DNA of 64,000 bases from positions 310,001 to 374,000 of the forward strand of contig NZ_CP134949.1 in NCBI RefSeq assembly GCF_032116555.1, written 5' to 3'. This document shows positions 50,405 to 60,072 of this stretch, piece by piece. The first letter of the stretch is position 1, and the number at the start of each line of letters is the position of its first letter. The notes under the pieces were generated by a model. The model had not been told where the DNA came from and made no database searches. It saw nothing but the letters and a program-made list of their open reading frames with translations. The position numbers and the translations under genes are program-made. Source of the DNA: Halorarum halobium (GTDB lineage Archaea; Halobacteriota; Halobacteria; Halobacteriales; Haloferacaceae).

Positions 50405-51211
50405 ATGCGGCTTCCAGCAATCGGTCTCGGCACCTGGCAGAACACCGACCCGGAAACGTGCAGCGAGAGCGTGCGAACGGCCCTCGAGATGGGCTATCGC
50501 CACGTCGACACCGCCCAGTACTACGGCAACGAGGAGGCGGTCGGTGCCGGCATCCAGGCGGCCGACGTCCCCCGCGAGGAGGTCTTCGTCGGCTCGAAGG
50601 TCCACGCCGAGAAGTTCGGGCTCGCCCACGAGGAGGTCATCGAGGGGCTCGAGGTCACGCTCGACCGGCTCGGGCTCGACTCGCTCGACCTGCTGTACGT
50701 GCACTGGCCCGTCGGCAACTACGACGCCGCGGAGACGATGCCGGCGTTCGACGAGCTCGTCGACCGGGGGCTGATCGACCACGTCGGCGTCTGTAACTTC
50801 GACGTCGACCTGCTCGACGAGGCGATGGACCACCTGGACGCGCCGCTGTTCGCCAACCAGGTGGAGACCCACCCCCTCCTCCAGCAGGACGACCTCGTCG
50901 CACACGCGCAGGAACACGGCTACGAACACGTCGCGTACTCGCCGCTCGCGCGGGGGAACGTGTTCGAGATCCCCGCGATCGTCGACGTCGCCGAGAAACA
51001 CGGCGTCAGCCCGGCACAGGTCAGCCTCGCGTGGCTCCGGTCCAGAGACCGAGTCAGCGCCATCCCGAAGGCGACGGGCGAGGCCCACCTCCGGGACAAC
51101 CTCGACTCGGTCGACCTCGACCTGGACGATGCGGACGTCGAACGGATCAGCGCGCTCGACCGGACCGAGCGCTTCGTCGAACGCGACGGGGCGCCGTGGC
51201 TCGACGACTGA
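50405..51211 (+). CDS. Aldo/keto reductase
   Basis: GLGTW, GYRHVDTAQYYGNE, DLLYVHWP, GVCNF, AYSPL, IPKA. Confidence 0.93.
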   Translation: MRLPAIGLGTWQNTDPETCSESVRTALEMGYRHVDTAQYYGNEEAVGAGIQAADVPREEVFVGSKVHAEKFGLAHEEVIEGLEVTLDRLGLDSLDLLYVHWPVGNYDAAETMPAFDELVDRGLIDHVGVCNFDVDLLDEAMDHLDAPLFANQVETHPLLQQDDLVAHAQEHGYEHVAYSPLARGNVFEIPAIVDVAEKHGVSPAQVSLAWLRSRDRVSAIPKATGEAHLRDNLDSVDLDLDDADVERISALDRTERFVERDGAPWLDD

Positions 51212-51344
51212 CGCCCCGGGCCCCCGATTTCGACTCCTCCGTCACGCCGACCGCGACGACTCGGATTCTCTTCTCACGGGGACGGAAGCAGAGACGGCAC
51301 AGTGACGACGACCACCGACCGTGTGCGGGATCGCTGTTCGAAAC

Positions 51345-51522
51345 CGGGAGCAGGATGGCGGATCGAGCGCGGGAGCAGGATGGCGGATCGAGCGCGGGAG
51401 CAGGATGGCGGATCGAGCGCGGGAGCAGGATGGCGGATCGAGCGCGGGAGCAGGATGGCGGATCGAGCGCGGGAGCAGGATGGCGGATCGAGCGCGGGAG
51501 CAGGATGGCGGATCGGCGCGGG
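51345..51522. repeat. Tandem repeat, 25-bp unit CGGGAGCAGGATGGCGGATCGAGCG x about 7
   Basis: Six perfect units from 51345 plus a seventh lacking one A; no spacers; lies between convergent genes. Confidence 0.97.
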
Positions 51523-51556
51523 CACGGAAGTCGGGAACGGCACCGCCGGGCGGCGC

Positions 51557-52654
51557 TCACCAGGACGTGATCGGGATCTCGCGGAGGGGGCTCTCGAGGG
51601 GGACGGACACCGACGAGCCGGTGTAGTGGGAGACGTAGAACGCGACGATGATCTCGAGCGAGCGGGTCGCCTCGATGCCGGGGGAGTAGTTCGCCTCCTC
51701 CCCGTTCAACACGTCCTGGATGTGGTCGGCCGCGTTGGCGAACGAGCGCTTGTAGTCGTCCTCCCACGTCCACGCGCCGTTGATCCCCGGGAGCGACTGC
51801 TCGACGTGCTCGCCGTCCTCGAGCGACCAGTAGCGCCACTCGCCGTCGTCGTTGTTGAGGTACAGTTTCCCCTCGCTGCCGATGAAGTTGAGCGTCATCG
51901 AGGACAGCTCGCGCGGGATCGTGCAGTCGACGGTGACGAACGAGCCGTCGTCCATCACGACGTGGCCGCCGCCGCCGGCGTCGTCGATGTCGGCGGCCGC
52001 GTCGAGCGAGTCGATCGCCTCGTTCTCGCCGGTGATGTACCCGCTCACCTGCTCGGCTCGCGCGTCGAGGAGGTAGACGAGCGTGTCGAGGACGTGCGTG
52101 GAGTTGCGCATGAGCTCCATCCGGTACTGCGCGCTCACCGACTGGATCTCGCCCAGGAGGTCCCGACGGTTGATCAGGTGCTCGAGCTGCTGTAGCTTGT
52201 CGGTGAACCGGAACGAGTGGTTGACGATCAGCTCCGTGTCCGTCTCCGCACAGACGTCGATCATCTCCTCGGCGGCGCTGACCCGCGAGGCGATCGGCTT
52301 CTCACACCAGATGACCGCCGGATCCGCGGCCGAGCGCGCCGCGTCGATCGTGTGCTCGTGGTGGAGGAACGAGGGCGTACAGATCGAGACGACGTCGAGA
52401 TCCTCGCGGGCGAGCATCGCCTCGTGGCCGACGTAGCGGCGATCCGGCGGGACGTCCCACGCCTCGCCGAACGTCGCCAGTTGCGCCTCGTCGACGTCGG
52501 CCACCGCGACGAGTTCGATCTCCTCGGTGCTCGCGTACCCGCCCGCGTGGCTCGCGTCGATCTTCTCGTTCCCGATCGCCTCCTCGTCGTGCATCCCGAG
52601 AATACCCATGCCCGCGATCCCGCCCGTCCCGATTACTCCAGCTCGATATGTCAT
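51557..52654 (-). CDS. Gfo/Idh/MocA family oxidoreductase
   Basis: VIGTGGIA, ICTPSFLH, WCEKPI, VNHSFRF, NSTH. Confidence 0.9.
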   Translation of the reverse strand: MTYRAGVIGTGGIAGMGILGMHDEEAIGNEKIDASHAGGYASTEEIELVAVADVDEAQLATFGEAWDVPPDRRYVGHEAMLAREDLDVVSICTPSFLHHEHTIDAARSAADPAVIWCEKPIASRVSAAEEMIDVCAETDTELIVNHSFRFTDKLQQLEHLINRRDLLGEIQSVSAQYRMELMRNSTHVLDTLVYLLDARAEQVSGYITGENEAIDSLDAAADIDDAGGGGHVVMDDGSFVTVDCTIPRELSSMTLNFIGSEGKLYLNNDDGEWRYWSLEDGEHVEQSLPGINGAWTWEDDYKRSFANAADHIQDVLNGEEANYSPGIEATRSLEIIVAFYVSHYTGSSVSVPLESPLREIPITSW

Positions 52655-52928
52655 TATCAGTCTCTCCCCGTACCGCCCGCGAACCCGCCGGTCCCCCCTC
52701 GGGACGGTCCGCCGGCAGTACGGGTTCGGTGTGTGATGGAGTCATCAGTATCGCCCGTAATAAATCTTTGAGTGCCGGAGGGGACGTCGCCGCCACGCGC
52801 GGAATCGGGCGTAGCCCCGGAGCTTGTCCGCTCTCCTCCCGAAATCTGGCTTTTGGGTCGCGCCGGGACCCGTTCCCGCGAACCGAACTGAGCCGAGCGC
52901 GACCGGTCGGTCACGACCCGGCGGCCGC

Positions 52929-54278
52929 TCATTCGCGGTGGGACGCCGCGACGAACTGCCCCTCCTCGAACTCGATCGGTGACGGCTCCTCGAGGACGCG
53001 GAGGTCCTCCCGGTCGCGTGCGGCCTCGACCAGCGCGGGCGAGGCGTGGAGCCGGCGGAGGTGCATCGTGTCGGGCGCGCGGAGCACGCGCACCGTCTCC
53101 GGGTCGACGACGCCGATCGTCGAGAGCGCCGCGACGAGCCCGGCCCGGTCCGTCTCGACGACCGGCGGGAGCTTCACGCCGCGGATCGTGCTCGCCGTGA
53201 GCGCGTTGACGAGCGTCGTCGTGGCGTCGAGTTCGGCGACGACGTCCTCGTGGACGACGTCGGCCGAGCCGACGCCCATCGCGTTCCCGTGGGTCGCCTC
53301 GGTCAGCGAGCGCGTGTAGATGCGCTTGATCTCCGGCCGCTCGGGGGCCGGCTCGTTGATGGAGAACGGCCGCCGGCCGACGACGTTCGTGTCGATCCCC
53401 TGGCCGCTGATCTCCTTGCCCTGCCGGTCGAACACGACGAGGTCGAGGTCATCGAACGGGAGCGTCGGCATCAGGTCGTAGGCCCGTTCGAGCAGCTCCG
53501 CCTCCCGGTCGAGGAAGCCGCTCGGGGGGATTCCCTCGACGATCGTCGTCTCGTCGTGCTGGTCCTCGACGACGGCGACGCCGCCGACGATGGGGAGCGC
53601 CTCGAGGAGCTGGTCCGTGATCGCGGGGATCATGCGCCGGAACGACCAGTCGACGGCCCACTTGTGCGCGATCTGTGCGCCCCGCTGTTTCCCCATGCCG
53701 ATGACGAGCATCTTCGAGAGTCCGCTCTCGACCGTCCCGTCGAAGTCGGTGTGGGGTTTCACGCGGTTGATCGGCACGATGGCGTCCGCCCCCGCGGCGT
53801 TAGCGTCGGCGACGACGGGGACGTCCCGGTCGGGCGTTCGACCGACCTCGACGACGTCCATGCTCGACCGGATCTCACAGCCGATGGCGGCCGCCGTGAC
53901 GCCCAGTTCGTTCAGCATCTCCCGCTGGCCCTCGCCGGTCGCACCCCCGTGGCTCCCCATCGCCGGGAAGACGAACGGGTCGTAGCCGGCGTCGGCGACC
54001 GCCTCGACGACGCCGGACACGATCGCCGCGAGGTTGGCGATGCCGCGGCTGCCGACGCCGAGCGCCACCTCGCCACCGGCCGGAACGCCGTCGAACGACA
54101 GCGACTCGACGGCACGAGCGGCGCGCGAACCGACGGCCGCGGCCGGAACGGGGTCGGTGTCCCAGACCTGTTCGATCACCCCGAGTTCGGGGAGCGGCGG
54201 GTCGCCACACGCCTCGACGATCCGCCGTTCCGGGACCGAAACGGCACTCGCTGCCCTCTCCTGGTCGCTCGGATCCAT
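52929..54278 (-). CDS. Lactate racemase (LarA)/DUF2088 superfamily protein, putative sugar-acid epimerase
   Basis: GSRGI, PAMGSHGG, NRVKPHTDF, ESGLSKMLVIGMGK, GKEISGQGIDTNVVGR. Confidence 0.75.
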   Translation of the reverse strand: MDPSDQERAASAVSVPERRIVEACGDPPLPELGVIEQVWDTDPVPAAAVGSRAARAVESLSFDGVPAGGEVALGVGSRGIANLAAIVSGVVEAVADAGYDPFVFPAMGSHGGATGEGQREMLNELGVTAAAIGCEIRSSMDVVEVGRTPDRDVPVVADANAAGADAIVPINRVKPHTDFDGTVESGLSKMLVIGMGKQRGAQIAHKWAVDWSFRRMIPAITDQLLEALPIVGGVAVVEDQHDETTIVEGIPPSGFLDREAELLERAYDLMPTLPFDDLDLVVFDRQGKEISGQGIDTNVVGRRPFSINEPAPERPEIKRIYTRSLTEATHGNAMGVGSADVVHEDVVAELDATTTLVNALTASTIRGVKLPPVVETDRAGLVAALSTIGVVDPETVRVLRAPDTMHLRRLHASPALVEAARDREDLRVLEEPSPIEFEEGQFVAASHRE

Positions 54279-54388
54279 ACGCGTCCCATCGACGGATCCG
54301 GACATAAACGTGGTCCCTCGCCCCCGTCGGCCGCGGGCCGGCCGGGACAACTCAAGGTTTTTGTCCCGGCGGCGCGGTTCGGAGGACG

Positions 54389-55234
54389 ATGCAGTTCGTC
54401 CGCTACACAGACGGCGCCGCTCCGACGTGGGGCATCAAACGGGACACGACCATCCACGCGCTGGCGGGCCTCCCGCAGGGGGAACCCGACCTCGGCGACG
54501 TTTCGAACCCCGACTACCGGTCGCGGGTGTCGACGCTGGTGAACGAGGGGACGCTGACGCGGGTTCCCGTCGACGAGGTGTCGCTGCTGGCACCCGTCCC
54601 GCGCCCCGGCAAGATCGTCTGCTGCGGGCTGAACTACCGCGATCACGCGGAGGAACAGGACGAGGACATCCCCGAGCGGCCGATGCTGTTCGGCAAGGCT
54701 CCGACGGCGGTGACGAACCCCGGCGACCCCATCGTCCACCCCGGCGGCGGGGAGCAGGTCGACTACGAGGTGGAACTCGCCGTCGTCGTCGGCCGGGACG
54801 GCCGGAACCTCTCGGCGTCGGACGTGCCAGAGCACGTCGCGGGCTACACGGTGCTCAACGACGTCAGCGGGCGGACCGCCCAGGGGCGCGACGGGCAGTT
54901 CTTCCGGGGGAAGAGCTACGACACGTTCGCGCCGATGGGGCCGACGCTCGTCGCGGACGAGGCGTTCGACCCGAACGGCGTCGACGTGGAACTGCGCGTC
55001 GACGGCGAGCCCAAGCAGTCCTCGAACACCGAGCAGTTCGTCTTCGACGTGAACGAACTCCTCTCCTACGTCAGCGAGGCGATGACGCTCCGCCGGGGGG
55101 ACGTGATCTCCACTGGCACGCCGGGCGGGGTCGGCATCTTCCGTGACCCCGTCGAGGTCCTGGAGCCCGGCCAGACGGTCGAAGCGACGGTCGAGGGGAT
55201 CGGCACCCTCCGCAACCCGGTCGTCTCGGGGTAG
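54389..55234 (+). CDS. FAH family protein
   Basis: GKIVCCGLNYRDH, DYEVEL, NDVSGR, GKSYDTF, TGTPGGVG. Confidence 0.93.
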   Translation: MQFVRYTDGAAPTWGIKRDTTIHALAGLPQGEPDLGDVSNPDYRSRVSTLVNEGTLTRVPVDEVSLLAPVPRPGKIVCCGLNYRDHAEEQDEDIPERPMLFGKAPTAVTNPGDPIVHPGGGEQVDYEVELAVVVGRDGRNLSASDVPEHVAGYTVLNDVSGRTAQGRDGQFFRGKSYDTFAPMGPTLVADEAFDPNGVDVELRVDGEPKQSSNTEQFVFDVNELLSYVSEAMTLRRGDVISTGTPGGVGIFRDPVEVLEPGQTVEATVEGIGTLRNPVVSG

Positions 55235-55252
55235 TTCCCCCGCGGTTCCTGG

Positions 55253-55300
55253 TTCTCCCGCTCGGTCCCTACTCCTTTCTCCCGCTCGGTCCCTACTCCT
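55253..55300. repeat. Perfect 24-bp direct duplication TTCTCCCGCTCGGTCCCTACTCCT x2
   Basis: Copies at 55253-55276 and 55277-55300; the second contains the glycerate kinase stop codon. Confidence 0.9.
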
Positions 55301-56633
55301 CCCGTTCTGGCACCACCGCGACCATCACGTCGTTGACGTTGGTGCCGGTCGGTCCGGTCCGGATCGTCGCGCCGATCGGCGAGAGGTACGTCCCCGCGTC
55401 GTTCGCGTCGAGGTGTTCGCTCGCACGCGCCCGGTCGGCGTCCCCGACCGTCCCGTGGTCCGCGATCGCGCCGGCGACGTCGGAACTGCCGTCCTCGCCG
55501 TCGGTGTCGACGGCGGCGACGACCGCCTGCTCTGTCAGGGCGAGCGCACCCGAGAGCACGAACTCCTGGTTCGGGCCGCCCTCGCCGGGGTCGTCGGCCA
55601 CGGTCACCGTGCACTCGCCGCCGGCGAGGATGACGGCCGGCGGCTCGACCGGGTCGCCCCCGACGGCACACTCCTCGGCGATGCCGGCGAACGCGGTGCC
55701 CACCTCCCGCGCTTCCCCCCGAAGCCGCGAGGAGAGCACGACCGGCGCGTGACCGGCGTCGGCGGCGACCGACCGGGCGGCCTCCAGCGCGACCGCGTTG
55801 TCACAGAGCAGGTGGCTCCCGGCCCCGCCGACCGTCGGGTCGTCGCCGAACGGCGTCTCGGCGACCCGGCCGGCGACGCCCGCCTCGAGGTGGTCCGAGA
55901 CTGCCGGGGACGGGGTGAGCCCGTGGCGGTCGAAGGTGGCCAGCGCGTCCGAGAACGTCGTGTCGTCGGGCACCGTCGGGCCGCTGCCGACCGTCGAGAG
56001 GTCGTTGCCGACGACGTCCGACAGCGCCAGCGTCACGACGGTCGCGGGTGCCGCCGCCCGGGCCGCCCGCCCGCCCTTGACGGCCGAGAGGTGCTTTCGG
56101 ACGCCGTTGACCGCGTCGATCGGGGCTCCGCCCTCCAGCAACTGCTCGGTCGTCGCCCGGACGTCCTCGACCGTGAGATCGCCGGCCGGCGCGGTCAGGA
56201 GCGAACTCGCGCCGCCGGTGACGACGAACAGGACGAGCGTCCCCGAGCCGGCGGCCGCGAGCGTGTCGAGCAGTTCGGTCGTCGCTTCGACGTTGCGCTC
56301 GGTCGGAAGCGGATGGTCGCCCGTCACGGGGCGGACGCGGTCCAGGTCCGCGTCGTGTTTCGTCACGACCAGCCCGTCCGTGATCCGGTCGCCCAGCACC
56401 GACTCCAGCGCCGACGCGACGCCGTGAGCCGCCTTCCCGCCGCCCACGACGAGGACGTCCTCGTACGCGCTCAGGTCGTACGCGGCGTCCGCGACGGCGA
56501 GCACGTCACCGTCGAGCGAGACGGCGTCGCGGGTCGCGCGTTCCGGGCTCGCGGCCTCGATCGCCGCGGCGACACAGTCCAGGGCGAGCTCGCGAGCGTC
56601 GCCGTCGCCGAGCGCGTCCCGGTTCTCGATCAT
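55293..56633 (-). CDS. Glycerate 2-kinase (class II, DUF4147/MOFRL)
   Basis: GGGKAA, DHPLP, TGGASSL, RKHLSAVKGG, LSDVVG, SGPT, GGPNQE, DTDGEDG, TGPTGTNVND. Confidence 0.92.
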   Translation of the reverse strand: MIENRDALGDGDARELALDCVAAAIEAASPERATRDAVSLDGDVLAVADAAYDLSAYEDVLVVGGGKAAHGVASALESVLGDRITDGLVVTKHDADLDRVRPVTGDHPLPTERNVEATTELLDTLAAAGSGTLVLFVVTGGASSLLTAPAGDLTVEDVRATTEQLLEGGAPIDAVNGVRKHLSAVKGGRAARAAAPATVVTLALSDVVGNDLSTVGSGPTVPDDTTFSDALATFDRHGLTPSPAVSDHLEAGVAGRVAETPFGDDPTVGGAGSHLLCDNAVALEAARSVAADAGHAPVVLSSRLRGEAREVGTAFAGIAEECAVGGDPVEPPAVILAGGECTVTVADDPGEGGPNQEFVLSGALALTEQAVVAAVDTDGEDGSSDVAGAIADHGTVGDADRARASEHLDANDAGTYLSPIGATIRTGPTGTNVNDVMVAVVPEREE

Positions 56634-56680
56634 GCAGGTCGCTGCGAGCCCCACGGTAATAATCTGGCGGGTCGAGCGCC

Positions 56681-58507
56681 TCAGAGGTCCCCGGGAGCAC
56701 ACGCGAGCAGTTCGTCCCCCTCCGCGGTCTCGACGACGACGCCGTCATCGGTCCGCCGGAGTTCCGGTCCCGGCTCCAGGGGGACGCTCCGGTCGGGACT
56801 CGCCCTGACGGTCGAACCGAACCAGTGAACCCCGGGCTCGTGGGTGTCCCGGAGCGTCGGGACGACCGTCCGGGGATGCATGAGGTTCGTGTTCGGCTCC
56901 CCGTCCACGACGACGGGCGTGCGGTCACCCGACGAGCCGGCGATTCCGCTGGTCCCGTTGGGGTAGCGTGCGAGCGCGGTCCCGTCCCCCGTCTCGTGTT
57001 CGAACCGCGAGCCGTCGTCGCCGGTCCGATCGAGCGCGTACCCGCCCTCCTCGCTGTGCACCGTCCTGTCCGTCTCCAGCCGGTGAACGCGGACGTGGCC
57101 GGGGACCGCCGGCGCCAGCCACGTCCGGACGGTCACGCCGTCCCACGGGTCCCACCGGGACCCGAGCGTGGTCCCGTCGACGGTCGTCGCCGAGGCCGAG
57201 GCCGGAATCTTGTACTGGTCGCCGTCGATGCTGAGCGCGAGCGCGCTGTCGTGGCCCGCGGTGCCCGGCCCCGGCCGCCGACCGGCCACGGAGAACCCGA
57301 ACTCGGTCGAGTACGCGAACTTGGTGTACTTCTCCCGCCCGTGGACGCTGTCCTGTGGCGTCGAGAGCGCGAACAGGTGGTCCTCGCCGCGACGGACGAC
57401 CTTGCCGGCCTCGCCCTGGACCGACGTCGTCGGGAGCTCCGGCATCGCCTCCTCGTCGGCCCGCCAGAACGGATGTGTCGCGTCGAGCGCGAGCGGCATG
57501 AACGCCTTCATCGCCCAGTAGGGCGAGTTCGGGGAGTTGTACGTCTCGGAGACTTTCAGCGTGGGGTAGCGGTAGCCGACCGAGAGGAGCCCTCCGCCGG
57601 TGAAGACGGGCTGGTTCAGCCACCAGCGGATGTTCCGGGCCCAGAGCCCGCGGATGACGCCCCAGGGGAGCGGGTCGAGCCCGGCGAATGCGAGCCCGCC
57701 CCAGAACGACGCCTGCGCGAAGCGGTAGGTGAGGCTCCGGCCGAACGGGAGCGCCCGGCCGCGCTCGTCGAACCAGTGGACGTGTCGTTGCGCGAACGCC
57801 TCGGCCCTGGCGCGGAACCGCTCGGCTCGCTCCGGGTCCTCCTCGTCCGCGATGGTCGCGTACACGAGCCCGTAGAACTGCATCGCCCAGGGAAGGTAGT
57901 AGTCGACCGGGCTCCCGTCACCCTTCGGCCCGTCGGTGTACCAGCCGTCGCCACGATGGAACGTCTCGAGCCGGTCGAGCGCGTCCCGGGCGGCCGCCCA
58001 GTCGTGTTCCGCGCCGACCGAGCGGAGCCCGAGGTTCACCATCACGCGGAAGAACAGCCAGTTGCAGTCGTACAGTTCGGCGTCGTTGATCTGGTTCAGC
58101 CAGGTCGCCACCCGGTCCCGCTCGGCGTCCGACAGCGGCTCCCAGAGCTCCTCGGGCGCGAGCGCCAGGCCGACGCCGATGGCGGCCATCTCGACGTGTT
58201 TCTGCGAGTAGTCGTCCGCCTCGCCCCAGTACTCCTCGTGTGACGGGTCCGTCCCGTTGACGAGGCCGATCCGGAACAGCGGCCACCGATCGAACTCCCC
58301 GCCGACGCCCCTGGGAACGACGCCCCACAGCGGTCGTGCGAACCCCTCGAGTTCGGCCGAGACGGCGGGAAAGTGCGCGCCGGTCGCCGCCGGCCGAACT
58401 CGCGCCCTGCCGGGGCTGAACTGCGACGCCAGCGGCTCGACGAGCTGGTCGACCGCGCGCTCGAAGTCCTCGCGGGAGTGGAGCGGATTGTCCGCTACTG
58501 GATCCAT
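56681..58507 (-). CDS. DUF2264 domain protein (GH154-like glycoside hydrolase)
   Basis: LEGFARPLWG, GTDP, NWLFF, GDGWYTDG, DYY, FGRSLTYRFA, YNSPNSPYWAMKAF, KYTKFAYS. Confidence 0.85.
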   Translation of the reverse strand: MDPVADNPLHSREDFERAVDQLVEPLASQFSPGRARVRPAATGAHFPAVSAELEGFARPLWGVVPRGVGGEFDRWPLFRIGLVNGTDPSHEEYWGEADDYSQKHVEMAAIGVGLALAPEELWEPLSDAERDRVATWLNQINDAELYDCNWLFFRVMVNLGLRSVGAEHDWAAARDALDRLETFHRGDGWYTDGPKGDGSPVDYYLPWAMQFYGLVYATIADEEDPERAERFRARAEAFAQRHVHWFDERGRALPFGRSLTYRFAQASFWGGLAFAGLDPLPWGVIRGLWARNIRWWLNQPVFTGGGLLSVGYRYPTLKVSETYNSPNSPYWAMKAFMPLALDATHPFWRADEEAMPELPTTSVQGEAGKVVRRGEDHLFALSTPQDSVHGREKYTKFAYSTEFGFSVAGRRPGPGTAGHDSALALSIDGDQYKIPASASATTVDGTTLGSRWDPWDGVTVRTWLAPAVPGHVRVHRLETDRTVHSEEGGYALDRTGDDGSRFEHETGDGTALARYPNGTSGIAGSSGDRTPVVVDGEPNTNLMHPRTVVPTLRDTHEPGVHWFGSTVRASPDRSVPLEPGPELRRTDDGVVVETAEGDELLACAPGDL

Positions 58508-58624
58508 ACCTACCCCACCGCGACCGTCCGCCAATAACGTTTCCCCGACCGCGTTCCCGACCGGTCCGGGTCGTCCCGGGTGCCGTCGTCCGCCCCGACG
58601 CCGGGGGCGAATCCGGACGACTGC

Positions 58625-59833
58625 TCACCAGTACCGGTCCCACTGGTCGGTCGCCCGGACGAGCGCCTCGAGGTAGAAGTAGTCGCCCCAGATGCAGCAC
58701 TCGTCGTAGTCGCCGTCCGTCGGGTCGTACGCCCCCTCGGTCAGGAGCCCGTTCGAGTCCAGCCCCTCGGTGGTGTAGTGCTCCGCGAGGCTCCCCAGCG
58801 TCTCCAGCGCGGCGTTCCGGTAGCTCGCGGCGCGGCGGTCCGCGAGCGGGAGCTGACGGGCGAGTTCGTCGAGCCCGCAGGCGGCGATGGCGGCCGCCGA
58901 GGAGTCGCGCCAGTCCTGCTCGGCCGGCGCGTCGAAGTCCCAGCGGGGGACGCAGTCGGCCTCGACGTTCGAGAGGTAGTGGTTCGCGAGCCGTGCCGAC
59001 AGTCGAGCGTACGCCCGTTCGTTCGTGTAGTCGGCCGCCAGCGCGTAGCCGTAGATCGCCCACGTCTGGCCGCGCGACCAGCGCGAGTCGGCGTCGTACC
59101 CCTGTGCCGTCTCGCCGCCGATCGGCGCTCCCGTCTCCACGTCGCACTTGAACGTGTGGAACGTCGAGCCGTCCGCCCGAACGACGTGTTCCGCGTTGGT
59201 TCGGGCGTGGGTCTCCGCGACCGACGCGTACGTCGAGTCGCCCGTCGTCTCGCTCGCCCAGAACAGCAGCGGGAGGTTCATCATCGTGTCGACGATCATG
59301 CGTCCGCGGTTCCAGGTGTCCTCTTCGGCCTCGTGGTCGCCCCACGCCTGGATGAGGCCGGGCGCCTCCCAGAACCGGTCGACGAGGAGGTCGGCGGCCG
59401 CGAGCGCCGCCGACCGGTACCGTTCGGTCCCGGTGAGCCGGTGGCCCGCGACCGCCGACAGCGTGTACAGGAACCCCAGGTCGTGGGTCTCGACGTCGCC
59501 GCTCTCCAGGCGTCGCTCGAACGTCTCCAGTTGCGCCTCGGCGGCCTCGCGGAACCGGGCTTCCCCCGTCACTTCGTACGCGAGCCAGCACAGCCCCGTC
59601 CAGAACGACGTCGTCCAGCCGTCCCGGTTGTCGGTCGGCGCGTAGACCAGGTCGTCGCTCGAGGGGCCGGGGAACTCGTCGTGGAACGTGTCGAGGTTCT
59701 CGCCGATGCGGGCGATCGCGTCGGAACGCGCCCGCCGGAGAGCCGCCCGATCGACGTCGGGGGGCTCGGCGAACCGGGCCGGAACCTCACCCTCCCCAAC
59801 GGCAGTCAGTAACGCGTCCGGAGTGCGGGACAT
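58625..59833 (-). CDS. Glycoside hydrolase family 88 (unsaturated glucuronyl hydrolase)
   Basis: WTTSFWTG, HDLGFLY, IVDTMMNLPLL, RADGSTFH, TAQG, WSRGQTWAIYG, DSSAAAI, WGDYFYLEAL. Confidence 0.92.
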   Translation of the reverse strand: MSRTPDALLTAVGEGEVPARFAEPPDVDRAALRRARSDAIARIGENLDTFHDEFPGPSSDDLVYAPTDNRDGWTTSFWTGLCWLAYEVTGEARFREAAEAQLETFERRLESGDVETHDLGFLYTLSAVAGHRLTGTERYRSAALAAADLLVDRFWEAPGLIQAWGDHEAEEDTWNRGRMIVDTMMNLPLLFWASETTGDSTYASVAETHARTNAEHVVRADGSTFHTFKCDVETGAPIGGETAQGYDADSRWSRGQTWAIYGYALAADYTNERAYARLSARLANHYLSNVEADCVPRWDFDAPAEQDWRDSSAAAIAACGLDELARQLPLADRRAASYRNAALETLGSLAEHYTTEGLDSNGLLTEGAYDPTDGDYDECCIWGDYFYLEALVRATDQWDRYW

Positions 59834-60010
59834 GGAAACCGGTACTTGCAGTCCCGGCATAAATCCGTCGTTGCGGCCGACGCGGCGCGGTCGCCTGCGA
59901 GCTGCCTCCGAGCAGCAGCGTGACGTCCGCGAGGGATGCTCCACGGCCATCCGGTCGAACCGACCTCGCTTCGCCCTCCGAAGCGGCATTCCGACCCACT
60001 GAGCAGCAAT

Positions 60011-60027
60011 AGTGAATCGAATTCACT
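60011..60027. promoter_or_regulatory. Palindrome AGTGAAT-CGA-ATTCACT, candidate operator upstream of the iclR TATA box
   Basis: Perfect 7-bp inverted repeat about 15 nt upstream of TTTATG, in the divergent GH88/iclR spacer. Confidence 0.4.
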
Positions 60028-60072
60028 CATACACCACCCAGGTTTATGTGAACGGGACGTATTCGGGTCCGC

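Noticed and set aside
51345..51522. CRISPR array
   Set aside because: Units are head-to-tail with no unique spacers, and there are no cas genes in the window.
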